A DNA stretch of 60,946 nt, counting the filler, from Nitrospinae bacterium RIFCSPLOWO2_12_FULL_45_22 (GTDB taxonomy: Bacteria; 2-12-FULL-45-22), in assembly GCA_001803565.1 (NCBI GenBank). It is 6 parts of 6 records of this genome, joined end to end, with 100 filler letters (N's around TTAATTAATTAA, not from the genome) between each part and the next. Parts side by side here need not be neighbours in the genome. Positions count along the whole stretch, not along the records: positions 18,254 to 33,584 come from MHDQ01000125.1; 5 more parts are not named here. One strand, given 5' to 3'. Shown here piece after piece: positions 20,601 to 31,600 of this stretch. The position numbers and the translations under genes were made by a program. Numbering within the stretch: position 1 is the stretch's first letter; each line of letters begins with the position of its first letter. The notes beneath the pieces were generated by a model, which made no database searches, was not told where the DNA came from, and saw nothing but the letters and a program-made list of their open reading frames with translations.

Positions 20601-20795
20601 AATTTTTTCTATATTTTCTAGGTAAATGCAGAAAAAATTCTGCATTTACCAATATATATTGTATTTTATAGAAAACTGACGTTTTAAGGAAAACCCTTTG
20701 AACCATCCAAATCCTTNNNNNNNNNGGAAAACCCTTTGAACCATCCAAATCCTTTCTGAGAATATCCTTACAAATTGTAACCCTCAAAACTTTGC

Positions 20796-20854
20796 CATTA
20801 GTCACCAGTCAGTTACCTTTCTCCTAATGACTAATGATCAGTGACTAATGACTA
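20796..20854. repeat. 7-nt tandem/inverted repeat element (CTAATGA units)
   Basis: CATTAGTCACCAGTCAG ... CTAATGA CTAATGA TCAGTGA CTAATGA, overlapping the mfd stop. Confidence 0.65.
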
Positions 20855-23800
20855 TTTTTCCGGCCGGATAGTAACATATCCATCCAGGGCTTGCAAGGTC
20901 TTTTTTATGAATACGCCCGGGTCATCAGGGGTTGATGCCTTTATCACGGCACAGTTTTCTCCTACCCACTCTAGAGGGACATTCCGGCCATCATCCAATG
21001 GCAGTCTTGGGTGGGGGATAAGAACTATCCGGGGGCTAAAGGTCAATGTGATTATATCCCTTTTCTTCTCCAGTCTCTCCAGCCGTATCTTTCTTGCTAA
21101 TATCTTCAGCTCCAGGAAGGTAAAGAGGTTAATAAAAGGCTCTGGGGGCAGACCGTATCTATCCTCCAGCTCTTCTTTCTGGCAATAAAGCTCTTCTATA
21201 TCATCAATATCGGAGAGCTTCTTATAGATATCCAGCCGCTGCCCGCTATGGCTGATATAATCGTCTGGTATATAACCCTGGAAGGGAATGATTATCTCGG
21301 GTTCCACCACTTCCTCTACCCCTTCTCGCTCGCCTTTCAGTTCTTTGACCGTCTCTTCTAATAACCGGCAATAAAGCTCAAACCCAATAGCGGCCATATG
21401 GCCCGATTGTTGTGCGCCAAGGATATTCCCGGTACCCCGTATCTCCATATCCCGGCTGGCCAATTGGAAGCCAGAGCCCAGATGGCTAAGCTCCTTAATA
21501 GCCTGGAGCCGCTTTCGGGCATCCTGGGACAGGTGGCTCTCACTTGGTACCAGCAGATAGGCATATGCCTGGTAGCGGTCTCGGCCTACCCGCCCCCGGA
21601 GTTGATATAGGTCAGCCAGGCCGAATCTGTCTGCCCGATTAATAATGATGGTATTAACTGATGGTATATCCAATCCTGACTCTATTATGGAGGTACTTAG
21701 AAGAATATCAAACTGCTCCCCCAAAAAACTAACCATCGCCTTTTCCAGCTCTCTTTCTGGCATCTGCCCATGGGCAATCTCTATCCGGGCTTGCGGAACC
21801 AGTTTTTGCAAATATTTCTTCATTGCCCTAATACTTTCTATGCGGTTATGGACAAAGAATACCTGGCCATTTCGCGCCAGTTCTTTATCTATTGCCTCTT
21901 TGATAATACCGGGGCTGAAGTGTTTTATGAAGGTCTGGATAGGTAACCGGTCTTCCGGTGGGGTCTCAATAATGCTTATATTCCGTATCCCTGCCAGAGA
22001 AAGGTATAGGGTACGAGGAATAGGTGTAGCAGTAAGGGTTAATACATCAATGTTCTTCCGGAACTGCTTCAGCCGTTCTTTATGAACCACTCCAAAGCGT
22101 TGTTCTTCATCAATAATCAATAAGCCCAAGTCTTTGAATTGGATATCCTTTTGTAAGAGTCGGTGCGTTCCAATGACAATATCTACCAGGCCATTCTTTA
22201 TACCCTGGATGATCCTGGCTTGTTCCTGTCGGCTCCTGAAGCGGCTCAGCATCTCTATATTAACCGGATAAGGGGCAAACCTGCGCTGAAAAGTCTGTAG
22301 ATGTTGCTGAGCTAATATGGTAGTGGGCACTAAAATTGCTACCTGCTTATTATTCATCACTGCTTTGAAGGCGGCCCTCATAGCCACCTCTGTCTTGCCA
22401 TAACCTACATCACCACATACCAACCGATCCATAGGATCGGGATTTTCCATATCCGCCTTTACATCCTGGATAGCCTGGAGCTGATGCGGGGTCTCTTCGT
22501 ATTCAAACATGGAATCAAACTCCTGATGCATATGATTATCTGGAGAGAAGGCGGAGCCAGAAGATACCTGGCGGGCCGCATACAATTTTAAGAGATCCTG
22601 GGCCAGGTGTCGTAGGGACTCTTTAATCTTCCGCTTCAGGTTCTTCCAGGCATTATGGCCCAGTTTATCTAACCTGGGAGTTACAGGCCCGGCCCCTATA
22701 TAGCGTTGGACCAGATTTAGCCGATCCAGGGGGACATATAACTTATCCCCATCTGCATATTCAAGCTCAAGGAACTCCCGGATATTACCACCTGCTTCTA
22801 GCCTGGTTATGCCCAGGTACTGGCCAATCCCGTAATCTACATGAACTACATAATCATTGACCTGCAGGGTAGAAAAAGTAGAGAGGGGAAGCTCTTTCTT
22901 TATCTTTTTGGCCAGGAGCCGTTTTTTCCGTACCCCGAATATCTCATCTTCTATCAGAAAAGCAATCTTTAGGTCAGGCAGTAGAAAGCCAGCCGAGAGG
23001 TTTCCGATAGTAATAGTTACTGGGTAAGGAGGGGCGGGGAGAGGTTTGGCTGGTACCACGCTAGCGATCATGGTGACAGAAGGGCTCCGGGGAAGTATTT
23101 CAGAGGGGATGTCATAGGCTTCTACCAGGCCCTTCAGACGGGTGGCCTGCCCTTTATTAAGACAGACCAGAAATATGCGGTAATAATCCCTTTGCCACTG
23201 TCTTAACTGACCGGCTAGCTCGGAAAACCTATTCCTATAATACCCGATGGGTTGAATAGTCAGACCATAACCATGGTTTTCCTCTGCTAGATCGAGGCTG
23301 GATAGTTCTATTGTTTGGTACTCATCCAGGTATAGTCGGACTTCTTCTGGGTCTAAGTAAAGACCATTTGATCCTTTCTCAGTTAAAGACTCTGTGAACT
23401 TATCCTTTACCATAGCCGGCTCGATCATTATAAGTAAGCTATTGGCCGGGAGATAGTCAAAAAGACAATCCTTTGCCCCGGAGGGGTCAGGGAATTCTTT
23501 AATAGGGAGGATTTTTACCTGATATATAGGCCGGATAGATTTTTGTGTTTCTGGATCAAACTCGCGTAAGGATTCTATCTCATCGCCATTAAACTCTATC
23601 CTGACAGGATAAGTCTGGGCCGGTGGAAAGATATCAACAATACAACCCCGGATACTAAACTCTCCCCTTTCTTCTACTAGCTCAGTCCTTTGATACCCGC
23701 TGGTAATGGCGAGGGTTATTAGCTCTTCCCGGGAGTAACAATCCCCCAGGTTCAGATGACTGGTCTGAGCTACCAGATTGTTTTTGGGATAAACTTTACT

Positions 23801-24175
23801 ACCAAGAGAGGCTACGGGGATGAGGATGGCGGCTTCAGGGCCAGTGGCTAATCTATCCAGGACCTCTATCCGCTGGCCTATTGTTTCTTGCGAGACAGAT
23901 GCTTCAGGGCCAGGGAAGAGATAGAGATTTTTAGAGTAGTTAGGGGATGAGCCAGAAGGGTTAAGGAAAAAATCTAAGTCCTGATAAAGGTCTTTTGCCT
24001 GGGCTTGATCCGGTACTATTATCAGCAGGTTACGCTTAGTTGTGGCAAATATTAAACCCAGGAAAAAGGCCTGGGTAGAGCCATGTAAATTACTCAGATG
24101 GATAACCCTTTTGCCATTATCAAGCTCCTGCCATAGAGGCTCCAAAGAAGATAGGTTAAGCGATTCCTTTTGCAT
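20852..24175 (-). CDS. mfd: Transcription-repair coupling factor
   Basis: GDVGYGKT, DEEQRFG, TATPIPRT, QLRGRVGR, TRCF C-terminal domain. Confidence 0.98.
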   Translation of the reverse strand: MQKESLNLSSLEPLWQELDNGKRVIHLSNLHGSTQAFFLGLIFATTKRNLLIIVPDQAQAKDLYQDLDFFLNPSGSSPNYSKNLYLFPGPEASVSQETIGQRIEVLDRLATGPEAAILIPVASLGSKVYPKNNLVAQTSHLNLGDCYSREELITLAITSGYQRTELVEERGEFSIRGCIVDIFPPAQTYPVRIEFNGDEIESLREFDPETQKSIRPIYQVKILPIKEFPDPSGAKDCLFDYLPANSLLIMIEPAMVKDKFTESLTEKGSNGLYLDPEEVRLYLDEYQTIELSSLDLAEENHGYGLTIQPIGYYRNRFSELAGQLRQWQRDYYRIFLVCLNKGQATRLKGLVEAYDIPSEILPRSPSVTMIASVVPAKPLPAPPYPVTITIGNLSAGFLLPDLKIAFLIEDEIFGVRKKRLLAKKIKKELPLSTFSTLQVNDYVVHVDYGIGQYLGITRLEAGGNIREFLELEYADGDKLYVPLDRLNLVQRYIGAGPVTPRLDKLGHNAWKNLKRKIKESLRHLAQDLLKLYAARQVSSGSAFSPDNHMHQEFDSMFEYEETPHQLQAIQDVKADMENPDPMDRLVCGDVGYGKTEVAMRAAFKAVMNNKQVAILVPTTILAQQHLQTFQRRFAPYPVNIEMLSRFRSRQEQARIIQGIKNGLVDIVIGTHRLLQKDIQFKDLGLLIIDEEQRFGVVHKERLKQFRKNIDVLTLTATPIPRTLYLSLAGIRNISIIETPPEDRLPIQTFIKHFSPGIIKEAIDKELARNGQVFFVHNRIESIRAMKKYLQKLVPQARIEIAHGQMPERELEKAMVSFLGEQFDILLSTSIIESGLDIPSVNTIIINRADRFGLADLYQLRGRVGRDRYQAYAYLLVPSESHLSQDARKRLQAIKELSHLGSGFQLASRDMEIRGTGNILGAQQSGHMAAIGFELYCRLLEETVKELKGEREGVEEVVEPEIIIPFQGYIPDDYISHSGQRLDIYKKLSDIDDIEELYCQKEELEDRYGLPPEPFINLFTFLELKILARKIRLERLEKKRDIITLTFSPRIVLIPHPRLPLDDGRNVPLEWVGENCAVIKASTPDDPGVFIKKTLQALDGYVTIRPEK

Positions 24176-24770
24176 TTAATTCATACCATGCCCTTTCTAC
24201 TTGTTCCTGTAACTCTTCTATCGAACCGTTATTCTTTATGATAAGGTCGGCATATTTAATCCGCTCTTCATTAGAAAGCTGAGTGGCGAGGCGCTTTTTG
24301 GCATCTTCTGGCGATAGGTTGCGATCTCGTTGGAGACGCTGAATAGCTACTTCTTTATCCGCGACCACCACCCATACTTTATTAACCAGGAAGAGCCAAT
24401 TGGCCTCTATCAAAATAGCCGCCTCCAGGAAGACATGTCCTTTATCCCCTCTCTTATCTCGCTGCACCGCAATATCTCTTTGGGTTTCCTCGACTATCCG
24501 GGGATGGGTGATCTGATTTAATTTATTCAGGGCCTCTTTATCATTGAAGACAATGACTCCTAACTTAGCCCGATCCACGGTCTGGTCGGGCTTAAGGATA
24601 GCCGGGCCAAAGGTTGCTACTATATCTCTCCAGGCATCCTTGTCCGGCAGATAGACCTGGTGGCCGATCAAGTCAGCATTAATGATATAGGCACCCAGGT
24701 CCGTCAATATTTTAGATACTAGAGTCTTGCCTGAAGCGATACCACCTGTTAGGCCAATCACCTCCATCAT
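24156..24770 (-). CDS. coaE: Dephospho-CoA kinase
   Basis: IGLTGGIASGKT..NQITHP; ATG 24770 with RBS. Confidence 0.95.
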   Translation of the reverse strand: MMEVIGLTGGIASGKTLVSKILTDLGAYIINADLIGHQVYLPDKDAWRDIVATFGPAILKPDQTVDRAKLGVIVFNDKEALNKLNQITHPRIVEETQRDIAVQRDKRGDKGHVFLEAAILIEANWLFLVNKVWVVVADKEVAIQRLQRDRNLSPEDAKKRLATQLSNEERIKYADLIIKNNGSIEELQEQVERAWYELNAKGIA

Positions 24771-24848
24771 CTTTTCCTTTCTCCTTATCTGAAACCATTC
24801 ACCTGTCTGACCTTCCCCTGCCACTAAACAATGACTAACCAACCCTTT

Positions 24849-25049
24849 GCCACAAAGTCACGAAGACGCAAAATTTCTAATTATAGTAAGGGACTAAATT
24901 AAGTTGTCATTTCGACCGAAGGGAGAAATCTTCAAGATTCCACGCTTCGCTCGGAATGACAGCTTCCATATGTCAACTTATTTAAGTCGTTCACTATAAT
25001 TGTTTTTAAAAGGGAAAAATAACCCTTTGTGCCTTAGTGCCTTTGTGGC
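24849..25049. repeat. Three nested inverted-repeat (MITE-like) elements
   Basis: Outer IR 24849-72/25026-49, middle IR 24879-906/24974-25001, inner GTCATT..AATGAC palindrome 24906-60. Confidence 0.75.
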
Positions 25050-25152
25050 TAATACAAGTTTTTATTGTATACTTTTTCATGAAACGCTCTACCAGTATGC
25101 CGTGAGCAGCGAGGAGTGAGCCAGGAACCGCTAACTCCTTACTGCTTACCGC

Positions 25153-27087
25153 TCACTTTTCCAGGGTAAGGTGGTAATAAATTTTGGGTAATTCCTGGGG
25201 CAGTTGGCAAACATCCTTAATGACCATATAATCGGGACCACCGCACATAGCCCTGAGATAGTCGTGGCCACAGGGGTCAACTGTTATACAAAAAGTCTTT
25301 AGCCCGGCCCTCTGTGATTCTTTGAGGGCTACCATAGTATCATGCAGAGCATATTCCCGGCTGGTACGGTCTTCACCATAATCGAAATCCTGGGGATAGC
25401 CGTCGCTTAGCAATAATAAGAGCTTGAGTTTAGCACATTGCCGGTTGAGCTTATAAGTCGCATGCCTGATAGCTGGGCCCATACGGGTACTGCGATGCGG
25501 TTTTATCCCCCCAATCCGTGCTTTGATGGTCTGAGAATACTGCTCACAGAATTCTTTTATGTTAAAAAATTCTACCTTATCCCGGCCATAACCAGAAAAA
25601 CCGAATATGGCATATTTATCTCCCAACGAGTCCATAGCCTCCGCCATAAGGATCATAGCCTCTTTTTCTATATCAATAATCCGTTTCTGGCTATCAGGTA
25701 CCCGCTCATCAGTGGAGGCGCTCATATCTAAAAGGAATATTGCCCCTACATCCCGCTCCACCTTTCTCCTTTCTAAATATATTTTTCCTGAGGGCGATTT
25801 ACCAGATTTCTTATCTACCACATCTTCTATTAAGGCGTCCAGTTCTAATTCCTCACCAGTAAAGAGTCTTTTGATCTTTAAATATTTTTGTGGCCTCAGC
25901 CTCTGGAACTGCTTTCTAAAATCGGTGATAAGCAAAGAGTGTTGTGACAGGGTCTCTTCCACAAAAGTACTGGTGTCAGCCTCTGGGATATTTTCTGTAA
26001 GGCAACACCATTTAGGCCGATAATCATGCCGTATATAATCCCACTCATCATAGTAATAATAATGGTTTAGGGCAATATTCTCTTTTGGTTTTTTCCGGTT
26101 CTCACAAAGAGTTTTGGTCTGGGCCTTTGCAACATTGTCCAACTGAGCCTTTGTCCTGAGTGATATGAGGGAGGATAGTTGATTAATAAATAGTCCCGAG
26201 CTATTAGGGAGAGCGCCCGATAGGATTTCGCTCAGCTCAATTTTTATCCCCTTATCCAGTAGGTCTTTGAGATACTCCCAGGGTATTGGGTAGCTCAGAC
26301 CTGGTATAGAGGGACTCTTTCGAGGCGCCTGGATTAAAGACCCAATATCAATGTCCTGGGGGGGATAAGAGTAGGAACTATCCTGGGTATAGTTTTTCTC
26401 CCAAGCAATAGGTATCGGTAAAGAACCTTCTTGGTGTAAGTTAGTTTTATCCATTTCGCAGGTTGGGAGTTGGGATATGATAGGATAAAGGAACAGTGTC
26501 CCGAGAGCGGAATCATATCCTGTAGCATCTGGATCGGTTAATCGGCTAATTACTTCCCAAACCCATGGTTCCCATGGGACAGCATGGGGAGATGGATGGT
26601 TGCTGGTAGTGCTATTAGTATTAAATAGTCTTTCCCAGATCATCGCTTCTATTTTTGCGGGCCAGGATTCTTTCCAGTTGCCCCCTTTTACCAGACGACT
26701 CTGACGGAATCTTTTTATATCCCTGGCCAGCCCTTGATATTCGCGCTGCAAACAGCTATCTACCCGGGCATCCTCTAGTATATAGAAAATACGGGTAGCT
26801 AAATCAGGCTCAGGAAACGAGAGGGAAAATTGGTCATGAGGGAAAGAAAAGGAATCATATAGGAAATATCCCAGTTGGTGGCTGGTATAAACCTTGTAGA
26901 GCCAAAAGTTATCACTCCAGTTGGCGAATTGGTGGATTTGTTCTGGCAGTTTAAGGGCTTCCGGGCAAGGGTGGGGATAGTTCTGGAATGTTTCTTTTGA
27001 AAGATTAATAGCAATATCGTCACCGGTAAGGGCTCTAATATAGAGCCGTAATATCAGACATATTTCTGAGAATGGAATATCAGACAT
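25153..27087 (-). CDS. NorD/CbbO-family VWA-domain protein
   Basis: ILEDARVD, YDEWDY, MIDAS DMSAST, TRMGPAIRHA, LSDGYPQD. Confidence 0.9.
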   Translation of the reverse strand: MSDIPFSEICLILRLYIRALTGDDIAINLSKETFQNYPHPCPEALKLPEQIHQFANWSDNFWLYKVYTSHQLGYFLYDSFSFPHDQFSLSFPEPDLATRIFYILEDARVDSCLQREYQGLARDIKRFRQSRLVKGGNWKESWPAKIEAMIWERLFNTNSTTSNHPSPHAVPWEPWVWEVISRLTDPDATGYDSALGTLFLYPIISQLPTCEMDKTNLHQEGSLPIPIAWEKNYTQDSSYSYPPQDIDIGSLIQAPRKSPSIPGLSYPIPWEYLKDLLDKGIKIELSEILSGALPNSSGLFINQLSSLISLRTKAQLDNVAKAQTKTLCENRKKPKENIALNHYYYYDEWDYIRHDYRPKWCCLTENIPEADTSTFVEETLSQHSLLITDFRKQFQRLRPQKYLKIKRLFTGEELELDALIEDVVDKKSGKSPSGKIYLERRKVERDVGAIFLLDMSASTDERVPDSQKRIIDIEKEAMILMAEAMDSLGDKYAIFGFSGYGRDKVEFFNIKEFCEQYSQTIKARIGGIKPHRSTRMGPAIRHATYKLNRQCAKLKLLLLLSDGYPQDFDYGEDRTSREYALHDTMVALKESQRAGLKTFCITVDPCGHDYLRAMCGGPDYMVIKDVCQLPQELPKIYYHLTLEK

Positions 27088-27266
27088 ATTTTTAGGTGTT
27101 TACGATGATTGGGAAATCAAAATCTGAGGCGTTACTCCTCAATCAAACGTAATTTATAATAATCAAACCCGGACTATAATGCAACCCAAGGGCTTTTGAG
27201 ATAGAATTTTCTCCCATTTTAGTGTATCTTACTGTCACTAACTGTAAGCCTTAAGGGAGGAGAAAA

Positions 27267-27752
27267 TTGAGGAATAAGAAACCACTGGTCACCATAGAAG
27301 CAGTTCAGAAGGATTTGACCTCAAGGGAAGAATATCTAGAAGAGGTAGAAGGGATAGGGATATTTGGTTCCTTAGCAAGGAACGATTTTTCGGGGCAAAA
27401 GAGTGACATAGATATCTTTGTTATCCTGGAAAAGGCTACCTATTCTGATGATGAACTGTGGATACGCAGGATTAAAGAACTGCTCGATAAATATGAAAGA
27501 GACATAACTGTGCTGGTATATGATCTGCCTAGCTTGAAAAAGGTTTGTAATTGGTATGTGCTCGAACTAGCTTCTGATAGTGTGTTGGTCTATGATAAAG
27601 GAAAGGTCAGATCCTATTTCAATAAGATCATCAAGGCCGCCGAAAAGGCTGGTTTAGTCAGGACAGTTTATGACAGACATCCTATTTGGGGATTAAGCAG
27701 AGCAGCGATACCCGGTGAAGTTATTCGGGTTGAGGTTACGGATGACCAATAA
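27267..27752 (+). CDS. Minimal nucleotidyltransferase (MNT)
   Basis: IFGSLARND..SDIDIFV. Confidence 0.88.
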   Translation: MRNKKPLVTIEAVQKDLTSREEYLEEVEGIGIFGSLARNDFSGQKSDIDIFVILEKATYSDDELWIRRIKELLDKYERDITVLVYDLPSLKKVCNWYVLELASDSVLVYDKGKVRSYFNKIIKAAEKAGLVRTVYDRHPIWGLSRAAIPGEVIRVEVTDDQ

Positions 27753-28200
27753 AGAAGAAATAGAACGCTGGTTATTGGATGCTGAGGATACCTTAAAGAC
27801 TGCGGAGGCAGATCATAAAGGAGGTTTAATCAGGGCAACGGTTCAGAATGCTCAACTATGTATTGAATTTTCTGCCAAAGCTATTATCTCATGTTTCGAA
27901 ACTCCGGAGTGGGAACACGACCCCGGTAAACAGTTGAAAAGAATAAATGAGAAAAACAGGGAAATAATTGCCAAGAAAATAGGCCCTGATATGATAAAGC
28001 AGATAGATTTACTAGCACAAAAATCATCTGACGTGGCTCTATGGCATGGGTGGTCAACTTATGGCAGGCGGGAATGCGATGGTAGTTGGTTACCCGCGGC
28101 TAAAGTTTGTACAAAAGATACTGCCGAGACGATGCTTCCAATAGCAGAACTATCCTTTAAAACCGCCAATGATTTTTATAATGGGTGGTTTAGTAAATAG
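27742..28200 (+). CDS. HEPN-domain protein
   Basis: WLLDAEDTL..AQLCIEFSAKA..HDP; overlaps the MNT gene. Confidence 0.82.
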   Translation: MTNKEEIERWLLDAEDTLKTAEADHKGGLIRATVQNAQLCIEFSAKAIISCFETPEWEHDPGKQLKRINEKNREIIAKKIGPDMIKQIDLLAQKSSDVALWHGWSTYGRRECDGSWLPAAKVCTKDTAETMLPIAELSFKTANDFYNGWFSK

Positions 28201-28477
28201 GGCTTGAGCGGGCAGATTGGGTCACAAATAGCGTGTATAATTGTGTATAATTTTATGATGGTTCTTCGAAAATGACTGGTAGTTTTGGAGATAGAGCCCT
28301 TCTTTACAAGCCAGGAGCCCAGGAAGTATTATCTTCTTACCGAGATGAAATTGGGTGTAAATGGCTGCCTGCATGGCATAGAAGGGCAAGGGGTTGGGAG
28401 TCATGGGGGGCAAAAATTTTTTTTATTAAAGGGGATCTCACTATCTGCCGATTATTTAGTTATATTCTAGAAACACC

Positions 28478-28608
28478 TAATTAGTTCCCACTGAAAAAAT
28501 CTTTGCAAAGCAAGCTTTGCCACTACCTATTCTATGATAGCGCTCTTTTGATAATACCTGTAGTGGTCGAGCTTGCTCGACATCTCATTTTTCAGTGGCA
28601 CCTAATTA
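28478..28608. repeat. MITE carrying a GTAG-type REP pair (related copies 47039-47100 and 58681-58813)
   Basis: 21-bp IR (19/21); GCAAAGCAAGCTTTGCCACTAC and GTAGTGGTCGAGCTTGCTCGAC. Confidence 0.8.
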
Positions 28609-28631
28609 ACGGAAAAAAGATAGAGTCTCCT

Positions 28632-31600
28632 ATGCCCTTTCCTATAAAAGTGCGACCCAATAGCATTTGTAGGCTATTTATACTGACCCTTCTTTCTACC
28701 GGCCTATTCCCAGCTCAAGAGATCATGGCAGTTAGGCAACCGGCTGAGGTTGTCTCAGTTCGGCCTGCTACTTTTCGCTCCCTCAAGCCAGACATCTGGA
28801 ACAATATAAACCCCGGGGATAGAGTTACGGAGGGTAGTTTTATCAAGACTGATCCCTATGGCCGTCTCTCCCTCCTGCTTCCCAACCAGATGCTTCTCAA
28901 AGTAGGAGGCAATACCCTATTCGCTTACGGGGAAGAGGCAGATACGGGGGCTAGCTTGCTCCGTCTACGTAAAGGGAAGCTCTGGATGCGGAGCGAGAAA
29001 ATGCCCAGGGGTTTTAGAGTGCATACCCCCACAGCTACTACCGCTATCCGGGGGACGGAATGGTTTATGGAGGTAGCTGAAGATGGGACAACCTCTGTGG
29101 GAGTTCTGGATGGATCGGTGGTAGTAGAGAATCCTTTGGGCAAGGTTATACTTGAGCCCCGGGAGCTGGCCCTGGTACTACCTGGAAAACCGCCTCAGAA
29201 AATGGTTTATCTCACCCCCACGGATGCCGTAAACTGGACACTGCGCTACCGTGGTATATGGTCTGAGTCTGGCCTTGCCCGTTCTACTGGTACTCTTTCC
29301 TCTGGTATCCGTGCTGCGATTGAGGCATATCACCGGAACAACTATAAAAAGGCATTCGAGATAGTCCGGTCATTAGAGAAGAGTCAGGGTAATAAGGCAG
29401 AATGGGCTGCTATAGTAGGATTTTTGAAGATGGTCTCGGGCGACCACCGGGGTGCTAGAGAGGCTTTTGGGAGGGCCAGGAGCCTTGCTCCCGATTGGGC
29501 CCTCCCAGTCTCTCACCTGGCATTGATGGATCTGGTGGAGAACCAGACGGCCCAGGCCCTCAAACGAGCCCGTGAGGCAGTAAAGATTGAGCCAAAATCC
29601 CCCACAGCCCATGTAGTGTTAGCTTATGCCCTGAAGGGGAGGTTGAAGATGGAAGAAGCTTATCGTGCAAGCCAGGAGGCTCTCCAGCTAGACCCCGGCT
29701 TTACCGAAGGAATCCTTGTTGCGGCCCGGCTTGCCCTGGAATTGGAAAGATATAAAGAGACCCGCACCCTTCTGGAGTCAATTAAAAAAGAATCATCGGC
29801 TGAAGCAATTTCTGAAACATTACTGGGATATCTTTCCTTACGGGAGGGCAAGAATTTTGAGGCATTAAGTCATTTCGAAAGGGCCATTACTCTTGACCGG
29901 GAATGGGCAGAACCCATGCTCGGCTCAGGCATAAGTCTATTTCGGCTGGGAAGAGAAAAAGAAGGACAGAACTCGGTAATAAAGGCCACTCTGATGGAAC
30001 CCCAGGTCTCCTTATATCAGGCCTACCTGGCCAAATCCTACTTTGAACTCAAGCGATTCCCTGAGGCAAAACAGTCTATTGAGCGAGCTAAACGGCTTGA
30101 TCCCAAAGACCCCACACCTTACCTTTACGAGGCTATCTTTCGCTTTGACCAGCACGAACCGATCCGGGCCCTTGCTGCGATCGAAAAGGCTTTTCGGCTC
30201 AATGGGAACAGGGCGGTCTTTCGCTCCAGATACCTCCTTGATCAAGACCAGGCAGTACTGATGGCCAATATTGCGCAAATCTATTCCCGGGTTGGTTTCC
30301 ACCGTAAATCGGTCCAGCAGGCTTATGATGCCCTACTATTCGATCCGACAAATGAGGGCGCCCACCGCCGACTCTATTTTGCGCTACTATTTGACCCGAG
30401 TTATTATGACCAGGGCGCTGCTTCAGAGAAGCTTCTCACCAAACTCTTGGTTCCTACCACACGTTCTGCTGTAATCTTTGATGAGGACCAACTGAGCCCT
30501 TATACCCATATGTTCGATAGATCCGGAGCAGATAAAACCATTGTATCTAACCGATTTCAACAGAGGGATAACGACACCAGGGCAATCGTACAATCAGGCA
30601 CAGCAGATTTTGCCGGTAAAACCAAAGGCCCTTTTGCCTATCATGTTCAAGGGTTCCTGGACCAGGACAAATTTCAGTCGAGTTTGGCCCCCGGCCCCCT
30701 CAAATCGGCTACGGACACAGAAACCCTCGTGGGGAGCTCCTTTTTCAAGTGGCGTCCTAGACCCGGTCTGGACTTGTTCCTTGAAGCTAATCGTAATAAG
30801 TCTGATACTTTTTCCGACTCTCTATACTTCTTTAACCTGCGCCCTTTTACCCTGAGTGACAACGAGCAAAATTCAGATGTTACTAACCTTGATGCTGGTC
30901 TACACGGGGCCTTTGGTGCCGGGAATCATTTATTTACTCACTTTTCTTATTACAGGCTTTCGGCTGATATGAATACGGACACTACTATTTATCAACCTAA
31001 TATGAAAACTGTCTTAGATGGGGAAACTGACGATGAACAAATTATATTCCATACCGCCTATTGGAAAAAATGGCAAGATCATTTTTTCCAGGTCGGTGGA
31101 AGGCATTTTGAAGGGGATCTGGTTAATAGTAGTCTCTTTTCATCAGGGCTGTTCAGAAATTCATTCAAGGAGAAACACAAAAGCGAATTTGATTCTATCT
31201 ATCTTTATCACCAATGGACTGCTAACCCAGCAGTGGTACTGATCGGAGGTGTCGCAGCCGATTACCACAGGTTTAAGGATGAAAAAGGAAGAGGATTGTC
31301 TGGATGGGACCTGAATCCTTCCTTTGGCTTTCAATGGAAATTGACTTCTCTTTGGTCTCTCAGGGCGGCGTATATAAGAACCACGCAGGGAGACAGGTCA
31401 GAGCGGCTACAACCCTCCCTTATTGCCCGGTTCCCTCTCTTACGGGTGAATCAGGTTGATCTTTTTACTCCAGAACAGTTACTGAACCTGGAGCGGGATA
31501 CCATTGCCTTTGGACTCGACCGAACAAGTCTATCAGAGAAACATTTTTGGGGCATTGAATTAGCCCATGATGTTGCCAATGCTTACCAGAGAGACCCGGC

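Noticed and set aside
20688-20754. 29-nt direct repeat GGAAAACCCTTTGAACCATCCAAATCCTT (CRISPR- or att-like)
   Set aside because: The two copies directly flank a 9-N scaffold gap, typical of an unmerged overlap; there is no third copy.
28503-28631. N-terminal extension of the 1166-aa ORF
   Set aside because: It runs through a MITE/REP repeat; the signal peptide fits ATG 28632.
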